From contig OZ024743.1 of NCBI GenBank assembly GCA_964016885.1, positions 146,010,001-146,074,000 on the forward strand: 64,000 nt of DNA, in the 5' to 3' direction. This DNA comes from Eledone cirrhosa. Lineage: Eukaryota. Shown in pieces: positions 36,035-49,116 of this stretch (position 1 is its first letter; the number at the start of each line of letters is the position of its first letter). The notes under the pieces are model-generated. The model made no database searches and was not told where the DNA came from. It was given only the letters and a program-made list of their open reading frames with translations. The position numbers were made by a program, and so were the translations under genes.

Positions 36035-36726
36035 TGTAACTGTTAAGATGTATTTGCAGGATGAATGATAAAAAGAATGATGAAGAATTGTGATGTTGAC
36101 AACGTTTATTTTGTAATATTATATAACTCACTTGTTGGTACATCGAATATTGAGTAATAAAATCGTGACACAATTATCACTACATTAATTGTCTTACTAG
36201 CTACTTCGAGGTAGCGTAAATACATGTATTAAAGAAAATGATACAGTAGAAGTTGTGTTGTACTTTACAGTAGTAGAGAAAGACAGGAAGCCAAAAGGAT
36301 AAAGTGTACAAGGAAACAATAGAAGGAAACCTTCTGTGTGTGCATGTGTGTGTTAATCTTTAGCTTATGTGGTTTTTGTAGTAGCGGTCAAGAATTGTGA
36401 AAGAATAGTAGGCAGAAGACTGATTTCGTGATGAGAATCCATAGTGTAGTAGAACTGTTCTTCTGTGTCAACCACTATCTCTGGTTCGGTTCTCGAAGTG
36501 ATTGTATTTATAAGAATACTATAGCTAGAAGGATGTGCATATGGTTTTTGAGACAATAGTGGCCATCTGCCTATCGTCTGGGGTCAAGTGGTATATCATG
36601 TTTATCATAGTTGTCTTTTGACAGGACAATGGTTAGAATACCTAACAATAGGTGGTTTTAGAGGCGAGAAATTTTAGATTCGATTTCGAATCTCTGCCAG
36701 GTAAAACATAGAAGAATTCAGTTACA
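36035..36726. mobile_element. Solo LTR (relative of 33553-34423)
   Basis: Perfect 8-bp terminal inverted repeat TGTAACTG...CAGTTACA; shared blocks gaattgtgatgtt, tatagctagaaggatgtg and agattcgatttcgaatc. Confidence 0.7.
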
Positions 36727-36980
36727 TATGCATTGCTGTGAGTGTACATGAGTGTCAATACACTCGTGCATGGATTCCCAATTATAGTTATAAGTTTACT
36801 AAACAAAAAGAAAAAAAGAATAGTGAATAAACAGCTGAGTATATATTATTACTACTACATAACCTATTGATTTACTAATGGAATAAGTAATATTAATTTT
36901 CCTCATGATTTCCCCCAAACAGTAAAGAGGCAATGTTTGTGGTGCAGGCTTTGTAGCCATGTTATTTTTGGTTCAGTCCC

Positions 36981-38580
36981 ATTATAATAATAATAATCAA
37001 ATTATTGTGTACAGTGCTCAGGTGCACTACAACTCATCAAAGGTCCATGTATAGTACATAGAATAATGTACAAATAATGTACAAATATAGTACATAGAAT
37101 AATGTACAATAATGTCAAGAAAATGAACAGTGTACGAGTCATGAAATACATGTGTGCATGTGTATGGAGGGGGGGATATCAGGTGTAGTGTTGGCGAATC
37201 TCAGGAAGCATGGAGGTTTTAAAGGATGCAGTGTCTCAACAACTAACAACTGATGCAGGTAGTTTGTTCCATGCTTCAGCAACTCTGAGCATGAAAAAAT
37301 GTTTATGAAAGTCATGAGAGCTGTGCTGTTTTCTGACTTTGGAGGCATGCCCACGTGTGTTAGACACAAGGAAATCAAAAAGGTGCTCAGGGTTGTTATT
37401 GGCAAGATGGTTAATGATTTTGTGGGTGTTTGTCAAATCAGTTGCCAGATGTCGGAGCTTCAATGTATCCATGCCCAGGGAAGCAAGGCATTCAGAGTGT
37501 GGTAGATGCCTGATGGAGGGTATTCGTTTGGTTGCACGTCTCTGAACAGTTTCCAGGCGGTCAATGTTCTGAGCAAGATAGGGGTTTCAGACTGGTGATG
37601 CAAATTCTAAGTGTGGCCACACCATAGCTATATACAGCTTTAAATAGATAGCTGTAGAGCAGTTGACAAAGGTCTTGCTGAGTGATGCTAAGACACCCTC
37701 GGCCTTCTTGACAATTTTAGAGACGTGGTTTGTCCAACGCAAATTGCTGCTGACCGTAATGCCCAGGTCACTTTCACAAGAAGACTTCTTGATATTAGTG
37801 TTGTGGAGGGAGTATGTGGACGCTGGGTTTTTACTCCCAAAATGCATGGTGGTACACTTGTCCACAGCCAACTTGAGTTGCCAGTCTGTGATCCATTGTT
37901 GCATTGTGTCCAGGTCTGATTGCAAGAAAGATCTATAGTGTTCAGGATCTGTCCTTTTTAGCTCAAGGTACAGCTTGATGTCATCCTGCATATTTCAGTA
38001 CTGTGACATTCTTTAAGTTGGCATCTATGTCATTAATATATGCCACAAACAAAAGGGGGCCAAGAACAGATCCCTGTGGTACACCAGATGACATCTGATA
38101 CGGTGAGGAATGCTGTCCTAGAACCGTGACCAGCTCTCTTTGACTGAGAATGAAGGATTTCAACCAGTTAAAAAGATCATCCTTCACACCCATTGCAGAG
38201 AGTTTTGCCATAAGTCTTTTGTGTGACACAGAATTGAAAGCTTTAGCAAAGTCAAGGTAAACAACAGCCATGAGCCACCATCAGTGATCCGGGTGATGTC
38301 TTCAAGAAACTCGATAAGTTGATCACAGCAGCTGGAGTTAGGGATAAATCCAAATTGCGAGGGCTGGATAAGACTAAGAGTTCCAGAAGTTCCAAAATTT
38401 TTCTCTGACACAGGATTCCATCAGTTTGGCAATGCAGCTAGTAAGACTGACTGGATGATAGTTGATAGGTGATATACGGTCACCATTTTTGGACAGAGGA
38501 ATGACACTGGCAGTTTTCCACTGTTCTGGAGTAGCACCGTTGTTCAGACAGAATTGAAAGAAGCGTGATAGCTGGAACCT
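36981..38580 (-). mobile_element. CR1-clade LINE, 5'-truncated
   Basis: NYHPVSLTS, QFGF, YLDFAKAF, SGVPQGSVLGPLLF, KYA/DDIKL (frameshifted) and PHLEFAS; 3' end tgtagtgcacctgagcactgtacac with an (ATT)n tail. Confidence 0.92.
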
Positions 38581-39158
38581 TGGGCAAGTGTCTTCTATAG
38601 CCTTGAGTTGATCAATGCCATGTGAGTGAAATTAGTGACAATATATATAGTGTAAAAAATTGTGGACGTTAGAAAACATTCTAGAAAACAGAACATGTTA
38701 TATAAGGAAAATGATAAAAAAAGGGTTTGAAAAGTGTACCTGGTACATATATAAAAGATCTTTATAACATGTACAAAAATTGATGTTAAAAATTGATGTA
38801 AACAGTTTTTGGTTGTATTTCATTTGTTTTTGTTCTTTTCATCAGAATATAATATTTGTTTAACACCACAGTTATCAATAAAATCTATATACTACGTATT
38901 ACCCAATTTCATATATGTTCATATTTATAGAGAATTTTCTGGTAAATTGATTGTAAATCAATGTAAAAGATTCCTTCATACAGTATACATTGAGGTACAA
39001 TGAAAATAAATGGAAGTTAGCCCACTAATGAAATATAGCAACAAGAACAAAATATACACCATCTATATATGTATACACACACATGCACACACACACGCAC
39101 ACACACACACATATATATGCTAGCGTGGAAGATAGACGTTAAACGATGATGATGATGA

Positions 39159-39203
<45 letters not shown>

Positions 39204-39206
<3 letters not shown>

Positions 39207-40456
39207 GGTGCAGACGGTAGTTAAGGACAGATTTATGGTTTAAAAAAGGCGCTTATATAATAACAGAAAAAACTGTATTCTTATAAAAACAACATAAACA
39301 TAAAGCTAAATTATCAATTTAATAATTTTATTCAATAAAACCACCATAAGCATCAATAACTGCTTCTACACGGGGTCGAAATCATTTGCAAGCTCGGATT
39401 AAGTGGTCCTTGTTCATATCGGACATGACTCGAATTAAGGTGGATTTCAAAGAATCTTTGGTGCTATGGGGGTATTCATTGACATTTTTCTCAATGATGT
39501 TCCATACATAGTAGTCCAGTAGATTGAGATCTGGAGAATTAGGAGGCCAAATGTTGGGGGTGATGTGATCATGCAAATTGTCAGCCATCCATTCTTGTGT
39601 CATTTGAGCCTTGTGTGATGGTGCAGAATCTTGTTGAAAGACATAAGGCCTTCCATTGCATACACTGTTGATTCAAGGCTTAACAACTTTATCCAGAACC
39701 TCAATAAACGCAACAGAATTCACCCTAAGGCCTTGTGGAAAAAAGTGAGGAGGCATCACATGTCCTTCATTGCTAACAACACCCAAAACCATGACGCTTG
39801 CAGGAAATTTTCTTGGAACCTCAGAAGGGTCTGCACATAGCCACTTGTCATTTCTTCTGTTAATTTTGTGGTCCTGGTCAAAGTTTTTCTCATCTGAGAA
39901 AAACCAAATCACACCATCTTCTGATGGATTTTTAAGTTTGTTTAAAAGTCTTTTGGATCTGATTAAATGCTTTTCTTTTATTTTTTCTGACATGAATCGA
40001 CCTCTCCTAATCCCATAAGATTTGTACCTGATGTTGTCATGCACAACATTTCTGGTTGTTTTTTCTGACAGACCAACATTTTTTGCAATTGACCTCATAC
40101 ATTTTCTTGGATTGTGATCAATGTTTTGCTTAACTTCCTGAATAAATTCAGATGTCCTGATAGAATCAGAGCGTTTGGAATGTTTTTTATGTTTTGATAC
40201 AGGTAATAAGCTTCCATCTTCTTTCTCTAACTCACACCGAATCTTGTGGACAAAAGATCTTGCAACTTTCAGAAAACAAGAAATTTCTAAATCCCTATGC
40301 TTAGCCTTCAAAGCCACAATCACAGAATGCCTTTTCATTTCATTAGTAAGCATAGTTATTTTCATTGTTATTTTCTGAAATGGAAGTTCAATAAAAATTA
40401 GTCAAATAAAATAATGACTAAAAATACATGTGTCCTCAAATACCGTCCACACCCTG
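39204..40456 (-). mobile_element. Tc1/mariner maT-type (DD37D) transposon, full length, inactivated
   Basis: About 26-bp TIRs CAGGGTG(C/T)(A/G)GACGGTA..., flanked by TA. Transposase 40365 to about 39328 in one frame with two stops; FSDEKNF...QQD-x37-D (SPDLNLLD). Confidence 0.93.
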
Positions 40457-40756
40457 TATATACATACGTACATACATACATGTATTTTATTTTATAGATA
40501 CAAGGGCTGGCCTTCAAAGAAACAACACTATGCATTCGGCCAGCCCCTGTATAAAGAAAAGAAAATCTTTTTTTGAGGAAATCTTTTCAAATTCAAAGGG
40601 TTTTTTTAGGAACTTTCAAAGTTGGCAAGTTTTTATAGGTTATGTCATCTGAAGAGCTCAGACTATCATAACTGATAGTCCTCAATGAAATATGTATAAT
40701 GGAGTTTTAAATAAATCTGAATCAACTGAATATGGCCTCCGATCTTTTAATAATAT

Positions 40757-43087
40757 ATGTACTTCGCAAGAAGGGAAGCAGAGGAAAGAAAGATCAAGCA
40801 TGTTCTACAACGCGAGGACCAGAAACGTGAGGTGTTCAGGATTGCTAGGCAATGTGTCAAGGAAAACCGTGATATTGTCGGGGAGAAGTGTGTACTTAAT
40901 GATGATGGTGTACTTGCCATCACTGACGCTGATAAGAAGGTAGCTTGGAAGTGTCACTACGAAAGGCTACTAAATGAGGAGAATAAATGGGAGAAAGACA
41001 GTCTCCCCCACATCGACCCAATAGAGGGACCAGCAGTGTTAGTCGAAGGTAGTATAATAAGTAAGGCAATCAAAGATATGAAGACGGGTAAGGCGGCTGG
41101 GCCTTCGGAAATAGTTGCTGAAATGCTGAAAGCTTCTGGAACGGTGGGACACACCATGGTCACCCGGATAGTAAACCAAGTCATACAGAATGCGGTTGTT
41201 CCGAAGGACTGGCGTAGCAGCATCATCATTAACTGCTACAAGGGTAAAGGAGATGCCCTAGATAGGAGTAACTATAGAGGCATTAAATTAATCGACCAGG
41301 TCATGAAGATCACAGAAAAAGTAATAGCGCAACTAATCAGAGAGAGAATTGATCTAGATGAAATGCAGTTCGGGTTTGTGTCAGGCAAAAGTACCACATA
41401 TGCTCTTTTCATTGTACGACAACTACAGGAGAAGTACCTAGCTAAAAGTAAACCCCTATACTTAGCTTTTGTCGACTTGGAGAAAGCCTTCGACAGAGTC
41501 CGCCATTCCAATATCTGGTGGGCTCTTAGAAAACTAGGTGTTGATGAATGGCTTGTGAGAGCTATACAAGCCATGTATAAAGAAACAGTCAGCAAGGTTA
41601 GAATTAACAACGAATATAGTGAAGAGTTTAGCGTAAAAGTTGGTGTTCATCAGGGCTCCGTTCTTAGCCCCCTACTATTTATTATTGCCCTTCAGGCTAT
41701 AACAGTGGAGTTCAAGACCGGCTGCCCATGGGAACTCCTATACGTAGATGATCTAACGCTCATAGCTGAATCAATGGCTGAACTAGAGAAGAAATTCCAA
41801 ACATAGAAGCACGGCCTAGAATCAAAAGGCCTTAAAATTAACCTGTCTAAGACTAAAGTTCTAGTTTGTAGGAAGGAAAATAGGGCGCCGGTCCCATCCG
41901 GGAAATGGCCATGCTCAGTGTGTAGGAAAGGAGTAGGTAGAAACTCCATTTTATGTCCCAAATGCAAAGTATGGGTACATAAAAGATGTAGTGGGATCAC
42001 AGGTAAGCTAACTAAGAACATAGATTTTACATGTGGCCGGTGCTCTGGTGCAATAAGTAGCAGCAAGTGCCCACAGAATACTAGCTCTTTCAATTGCACA
42101 GAGGGTTCTATAGAAATAGTGGACAGCTTCCGTTACCTGGGTGACAAAATCAGCAGTGGTGGAGGGTGCTCTGAAAGTACTAGAGTCAGAACTGGATGGA
42201 AAAAGTTCAGAGAGCTTATACCACTATTAGCCGCTAAAGGGTTCTCTCTAAAAATGAAAGGCAGGCTGTATGATGCCTGCATACGAACAGCAATGTTGCA
42301 TGGCAGTGAGACCTGGGCATTGTGTGCAGAGGATATACGCAGACTAGAGAGGAACGAAGCTTGCATGCTCCGCTGGATGTGTAGTAGTAATATACGTGAA
42401 CGGCAAAGCATTAACGAACTAAGGGAAAAATTAGAAATAAGAGGGATCAGATGTTGTTTACTCGAGAGAAGGCTACGTTGGTATGGTCACGTAATGCGCA
42501 TGAAAGACGACAGCTGTATAAAAAAGTGCAGGGCAATAAAAATAGACGGTAACCACGGAGTAGGCAGACCCAGAAAAACCTGGGACCACTTGATAAATTC
42601 CGACCTCACACACTTACACCTCTCCAAGACAATGTCACTGGACCGAGACCTTTGGCGGTACACAGTAATAGAGAAAACCCGCCTTACCTAAATACAAAGT
42701 AAAACCTACTACAGTCAGTAGGCACCTCTAACAAAATACACCCCCGTCCCACTACCCCCACCCCATCCACAACGCCCCTTTCAATGTAAAGTTATGTTGG
42801 TACCACAACACCCAGGCCGAAACAAATGAGGTCGTGTAGGTGTCATGACAAAAAAACACACAGTCCACGCTGTAATGTGGCCGTGTAGGTAACATGGTAA
42901 AAACCTCCCAGTTCCACACTGTAAATGTGGTTGGTGTTAGGAAGGGCATCCAGCCGCAGAAAACCCGCCAGACAGTCCTATGCGAGCAAGACAACCACTC
43001 TTGCCTCAAGTGGGAAAACTCCCGTCCAAACCCATGCAAGCGTGGAATATGGACGTTAAACGATGATGATGATGATGATGATGATGA
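40757..43087 (+). mobile_element. RTE LINE, longest copy; 645-codon frame with one stop; 3' UTR and (GAT)n tail
   Basis: ORFs 40757-41806 and 41918-42691 are in the same frame (TAG at 41804 in place of Trp); complete RT with YVDD. Confidence 0.95.
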
Positions 43088-43344
43088 ATACTTCGGCTTG
43101 CACCATTTATACAGATCATTGAGTGCTTCTTTTCATCTGCTTCACAACCGACAGACCATAATGTGGTTCACACATCTCTGTTCGGTTAACTCCATGCTCT
43201 AATATATACATATATATATCTATATCTATGTATATATATATATACACACATCTATATGTATATATATACATCTATATACATATATATATGATTCGAATAG
43301 AATGAAACGAAATTTCATTTCTCACTCTTAATACGGCACTTACT

Positions 43345-43940
43345 TAAATGTAAGTATGTATGTATGTATACGTACATACATATATGTATACAGACGTACA
43401 GTAGTATGTATATATATACATAGAGGCACACATATATATATGTGCGTATCGGTTTACTGATTTATTATAATTTATTATAATGCTCGGTTTGTTTGTTTGT
43501 TTACGGCGTAATTTGGGCTGTTTGTTTGTTTACAAACAAACAGCCCAAATTACGCCGTGTTTAAGCAACCACGTTACCTTTTTGTTCAACACTGACACAG
43601 GAACGATGTACTAGTTTCAAGCTTATTAGCTATCGTCAGTATCGTATACCTTCCGGCCAGATGGTTGAACGTCTGAAAGTATATACTTTCCTTACGCATA
43701 TCAATGGCTGATCAGCCCAACTTGCATATCGAGTGAGTTCAAAAAGGTGACGTGGTTGCCTAAATACTGTACGGTGTAATTTGGGCTGTTTGTTTGTTTA
43801 CAAACAAACCGAGCATTATAATAAATGTTTGGTAAACCGATATGTGCATATATATATGTGTGCCTGTATGTATATATATACATACTACTGTACGTCTGTA
43901 TACATATATGTATGTATGTATACATACATACTTACATTTA
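43345..43940. repeat. About 600-bp foldback with a central minimal hammerhead-like motif
   Basis: Arms taaatgtaagtatg... and ...catacttacattta, with inverted unique blocks tacagacgtacagtag and gcaaccacgttaccttttt. Confidence 0.85.
43603..43645 (-). ncRNA. Minimal type I hammerhead ribozyme motif (Penelope-type, degenerate)
   Basis: ACGAUA-CUGACGA-UAGCU AAUA AGCUU-GAAA-CUAG-UA-CAUCGU. Confidence 0.6.
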
Positions 43941-44208
43941 TATATGAATCTATATACATATACACTCATGCACACACACACACACACTCACACATATATA
44001 TTCACCATCATAATTTTCTGTATATATGTATATATATATATATATATATATGAGCAAGACAAGGCCACCCAACCTCGCATTACCCACAACAGGACAACCC
44101 GTATAACCCATGCTAGAATGGAAGAATGGACATAAAACGGTGATGATGATGATGATATATACATATACATACATATACATATATATATATACATGCACAT
44201 ACATATAC

Positions 44209-44264
<56 letters not shown>

Positions 44265-44268
<4 letters not shown>

Positions 44269-44389
44269 AAGTATGACCCCGACGGCAGAGCTCAAGCCGT
44301 TTTGACAGCTATTTCTGGACTAAAGTGACTTTAGTCCAGAAATAGCCGTCGAAACGGCTTGAGCTCTGCTGTCGGGGTCATACTTTCTC
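44265..44389. repeat. 125-bp near-perfect palindrome after (TA)n
   Basis: 62-bp arms, 1-nt loop, 3 mismatches that are all CpG-type transitions. Confidence 0.92.
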
Positions 44390-44492
44390 CTATTACCCAC
44401 TCTACTACCCCAAGTATTGAGTACTCTGGTGCGTTATGGTCCATCTGGTTCCTTACCACAACTCCTTTTCGTTATATATATATATATATATA

Positions 44493-46574
44493 TTTAGCAG
44501 CATAATATATAAATGTTATTGGGACATGAGTAACATAATAATGATGTCAACAGCAGAAATTAGAGATGAAACGTATGTTTATTTTTGTTGTAGCACAAAT
44601 AATGTTTGTTAATTTGTATGGTTGAAGTTACACATAAAATGAGGTTACAAAAGGGAATGTGCCATTCTGCCAGGCCCAAGGAAGGCCGGCAGGCCAAAGT
44701 GCAAAATCTCACCGTTACATGTTGGCTAGTGATTTCACGATGAAAGAAAGTTAGTTGTTTACCTTTTTACAGTCAGGATGCGAGAGGCTGATTCTTCAAA
44801 TCAATGCAGGAATTTTTCCCTCAGGGCGCGTAGAGATACATTCTCTTCTACTGGCGCTGATTGGCTGATCTGAGCCAAATCACGCACAGAGAATGTATGT
44901 GAGCCCGCGGAATGTAGTCACTACAATACTCCCCCTCTAGACGTAAGACGATACAGATTATTGAATCAGCAGGAAAAAATGCTGAAAGAGCACATCATTG
45001 AAAAAAAATAATTGAACAGAAGAATGCATGCAAGAAAAAAAATGAGGCGCTAAGGGCCGTGTTGAGCAGCTGGGTCAAATGACTAGCTGTTTTGTAGTTT
45101 ATACGTGACCACCAAGGGTCTAACAGAAAACGGATAAAGTCTGACATGGGCGCAGTTGCTGTTCTTGCATTAAATGTTAATGGTAAGTGTTGTACCAGTA
45201 GCTGTGGATGAAGCTATTATGGTAGTTTACCAGTGCTGGCAAGAAGATGATGGGTAGGCGAGAAAATGTCGGCCTCCCAGATGTATTGCCGAAAGTGCTA
45301 GGCAGCCAGGAAAAAATGGCTGGTTGCTTTGAAAAGAAAAAAGCAAGTTGAATCTGTAGGTGGGTAGTAGTTGCAGTGTAAATTCCATAATTCCGGCGAA
45401 TCCACAGAAGTGGTGGAAATGCTGACAGGTCCAGTTCCATTTGTTGTTTTCCCAGTGAGTCGGGTAAGATAACAAGATGGAGGTTGTTATGGACGATGAG
45501 TGTGCAACAAGATGCGAAGCTGTTTGAATCCAGCTGCAATTAGCAGTTCTCGTGTTGCGGTGCCTGTTTGAATCCAGGTGAATTAAGCTCTATGAGTCGC
45601 TAGCATGTGTCGGCACCTCAACTAGGTGAAAAGGGATCTCGCAGAATATCACGTTTGAAGAACATATACTAAGAACAACATGTTGGTGTGTGTCAAAGAA
45701 ATGTGTGTGCATATGCAGGCATGTAATACAGCAAAGAATGTGTGGGTGCAGTCATATATACAATGATAAAGAAAATGATAGTCATATATACAATGATAAA
45801 AAAAAAATGAATTTTCATATAATACAGTTTAAAAAAAATAAATGTCCAAACATTGCCTGAAAAAAAAGGAAGAAAGAAAGAATTGTTTCTTTTCTTTTAA
45901 CAAAAAGTTCGCCTTTTCTTTTCTTTGAAATTTCTTTGGGAAGCTAGTAGAATTTTTGTTGTTGCTATCGAAGCGAAGTCGAGCTTTGAAGAGCCGTAAG
46001 TCACCACATGAGTTCGGTGTTTGCTTGTTTGTATTGCAGGAAGCAATACAAAGAAAAATGTTTCCGTGACATAATTTTGAAAATACAACTAATTTTTTCT
46101 TTCAAAGATGTTGTCGCAGGCAGATTCATGAAAGTTAAACCACGTGTTGTTCTTCTTAAAAAAAAACTACTTCCATTTTTTATTTCTTAACGGTAGAGAC
46201 GATAGAAGAGGTGAAAGAGTAGAAGTAAACAATATGATGTGTGGTGGTTTGCGTTGGTAAAGGCTATGAAGCTGCCACTTCGCTATTCCCTGTTGTTGGT
46301 TAGTAGTTAACCATGTGTTGTTGCTGCTGCTGATGTATTTGGTAGTGGTGATAGCCATGTGTTGTTGCTGATGGCTGGTAGTAGAGAAATACAGCCAAAG
46401 TGCAAAATCTCACCGTCACATGCTGTACGTGCTGCTCCTTCGAAGTTCAGGATCCGAGAGTCTGATTCTTCAAATCAACACGGGAATTTTCTCTTCTACT
46501 GGCGCTGATTGGCTGAGCTGAGCCAAATCACGCACAGAGAATGTATGTGAGCCCGCAGAGTGTAGGTCACTACA
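44493..46574 (-). mobile_element. Non-autonomous LTR element with one truncated LTR
   Basis: Direct repeats 44693-44925 and 46394-46574 both end in CACTACA; PPT AGAGGGGGAGTAT next to 44925; no coding interior; left edge approximate. Confidence 0.7.
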
Positions 46575-46579
46575 TATAC

Positions 46580-47174
46580 ATAGAAATAGAAGGGATCAGA
46601 TGCAGTTTACTTGAGAGGAGATTATGTTGGTATGGTCATGCGATGCGCATAAAAGATGACAGCTGTATAAAAAAAGTGTAGGGTGATCAAAATTGATGGA
46701 AGCTACGGAGTAGTTAGGCCCAGAAAAACATAGAACGTCATGATAAAATCTGACCTTGCACACTTACACCTCTCTAAGACAATGTCACTGGATCGAGACC
46801 TTTGCTACGCAGTAATACAGAAGACTTGCCTTCCCTTACATACAAAGTTAAACCTTCTGTCAGTAGGCACCTCTTAACCAAATATACATCGCAACCCCAA
46901 CCCCTACTCCATCCTTGCACTTCCACCCTTTCTCTGTAAAGTTATGTTGGTACCTTAGAACATCCAGTCCACACTAAAGTGGTCGTGTAGGAGACGACCA
47001 GTCCACACTGTAAATATGGTTGGTGTTAGGAAGGGCATCCAGCCATAGAAAACCTGCCAGATACAGTCCTATATGAGCGAGACATGGCCACTCGACCAAT
47101 CTTGCCTCAAGTGGGACAATTCCCGTCTAATCCATGCTAGCGTGGAAGATAGACGCTAAACAATGATGATGATA
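46580..47174 (+). mobile_element. RTE LINE 3' fragment
   Basis: Homologous to 42430-43087; (GAT)n tail. Confidence 0.88.
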
Positions 47175-47229
47175 TATATATATGCATACACATATACATA
47201 TATGTATGCATATACATATATGTATACAT

Positions 47230-47276
<47 letters not shown>

Positions 47277-47330
47277 TGCATACACATATACACACATATA
47301 TACATATATATATATATACACACATACATA

Positions 47331-47774
47331 TGTAGTGAAATCTGTCCACGCCTCGAACCCTGAGTGACACAGAAAGGTCAAATTCCGGGTCACCTCCTTT
47401 TCGGCATAAACAAGTTCATGCGTGGGCAGTCCCTCAAGGCGGGAAACAGAAAACGACAGGTATAAAAAGCCTGTATCATCCCACTTTTAACACAGAGAGA
47501 TCGGAGCAGTACACAAGAGAATAGCTATGTAAAACATCCACCGCTAACTACAGGCCACTGGGGTCTACCGACAACTACTGACCTTTACTCTCTCTCTCCT
47601 GGTCTAAGACTACACCAGGATCATGAAGCAACATCAAAAATACCTTCAACTATTATAACTCTTAATAACCTGTTCATTTATGAAGTAAAGTGAAGTAAAC
47701 CTTTTACATAAAAAATAAACCAGCTATTCGTGTTATTTCATCTAACGATAAATACTAACCACATTCGCTTCACA
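47331..47774 (+). mobile_element. Probable solo LTR in a microsatellite
   Basis: TGTAGTGAA...TTCGCTTCACA; TATAAAA at 47461 and AATAAA near 47714. Confidence 0.55.
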
Positions 47775-48732
47775 TATACATCATCATCATCATTCTTCGA
47801 CTACTGTCGAGATGATGGATCTCACTCTCATGCCCCAGAATTCCCTGTCCCCCATCGCTGCCCCCCAGGTCCTGTCTACTGATTCCCGTATCCCTAGAGA
47901 TCATTATGATCAGAAACAGGACCCGGGAAAGCAGGGGCTGGACCTATATCAACAGGTATACCATATAGTGTGGTTCCCTGAGGAACAGGAACCCTGGTGC
48001 AGTATACATACATATACATATATACATACATACATACATATACATACACATACATATACATATATACATACATACATACATATACATACACATACATATA
48101 TATATATATATATATACATACATGATGACTGCAACTTGATTTCAAGTAATGCCATAGCTTGATACTTAAGCATGAACATCAAGGACGTTGCTTTTCAGTC
48201 CTGCTAGGGACTTGCCAATAGTCAGTAATGCATTGCAAAAAATGTCACATATCAAGCGATACCTGTGCTTGAAGCTTTTTTAAGTGAGGAAAGGCTTTGC
48301 ATGGGGCCAATCCCATTCCCTGAACATTGAATGCATTTACCCAAAAAGTAGAACTGGTCTACATTATTGGATGCAAATGAAATCGTTGGTTTTATATCAG
48401 AGTGACCTTCTCCTAGACAGATGTCTTAATGAAGACTAGGAGTCTCTCGCTCCACAAAAAAAAAAAAACGAAATACATACATATACATATACACACACAT
48501 ATATATATATATATACATATATACACATATCATCATCATCATCATCATCGTTTTACGTCCGCTTTTCCCTGCTTGCAAGGGTGGGACGGGAACTGATTCT
48601 GGCTTGATTTCTACAGCTGGATGCCCTTCCTAACACCAACCTCATTTACAGTGAGTGCTGGGTGCTTTTTTCCGTGGCGCCTACACATCCACTTTGCAGT
48701 GGAATGATAGGGACCCCAGTCCCTATCATCTC

Positions 48733-48872
48733 ATTTCTACAGCTGAGTAAACTGGAGCAATGTGAAATAAAGTGTCTTGCTCAAGGAAACAACACATCAC
48801 CCAGTCTGAGAATTGAACTCACAACCTTTCGATTGTAAGGCCAATGCTCTAACCACTAAGCCATGTGCCTCC
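48733..48872 (-). mobile_element. tRNA-derived SINE head
   Basis: A box TGGCTTAGTGG, B box GAGTTCAATTC, then ccttgagcaagacacttta. Confidence 0.75.
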
Positions 48873-48935
48873 ATCAGCCATGTGCCTCCATATATAGATA
48901 TACATATACATACATATATATATACATATATACAC

Positions 48936-48972
<37 letters not shown>

Positions 48973-49116
48973 ATATACATACATACATACATATATATAT
49001 ATATATAAATGAAAGGTATAGAAAACACTGCAGCGAAAAGCGAACAGCATTCCATAGTATATAAGTGACTATAGCGTCAAAATGGGAAAAATAGTTAACG
49101 TAAGATATATATATAT

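Noticed and set aside
40760-43095. TACTTCG as TSD of the long RTE
   Set aside because: Only 7 bp, and the left copy lies within the apparent coding frame; not convincing.
43701-44328. Many Y/I/C/M/H-rich ORFs (also 47127-48182 and 48797-49064)
   Set aside because: Translations of (TA)n/(CA)n microsatellites, not genes.
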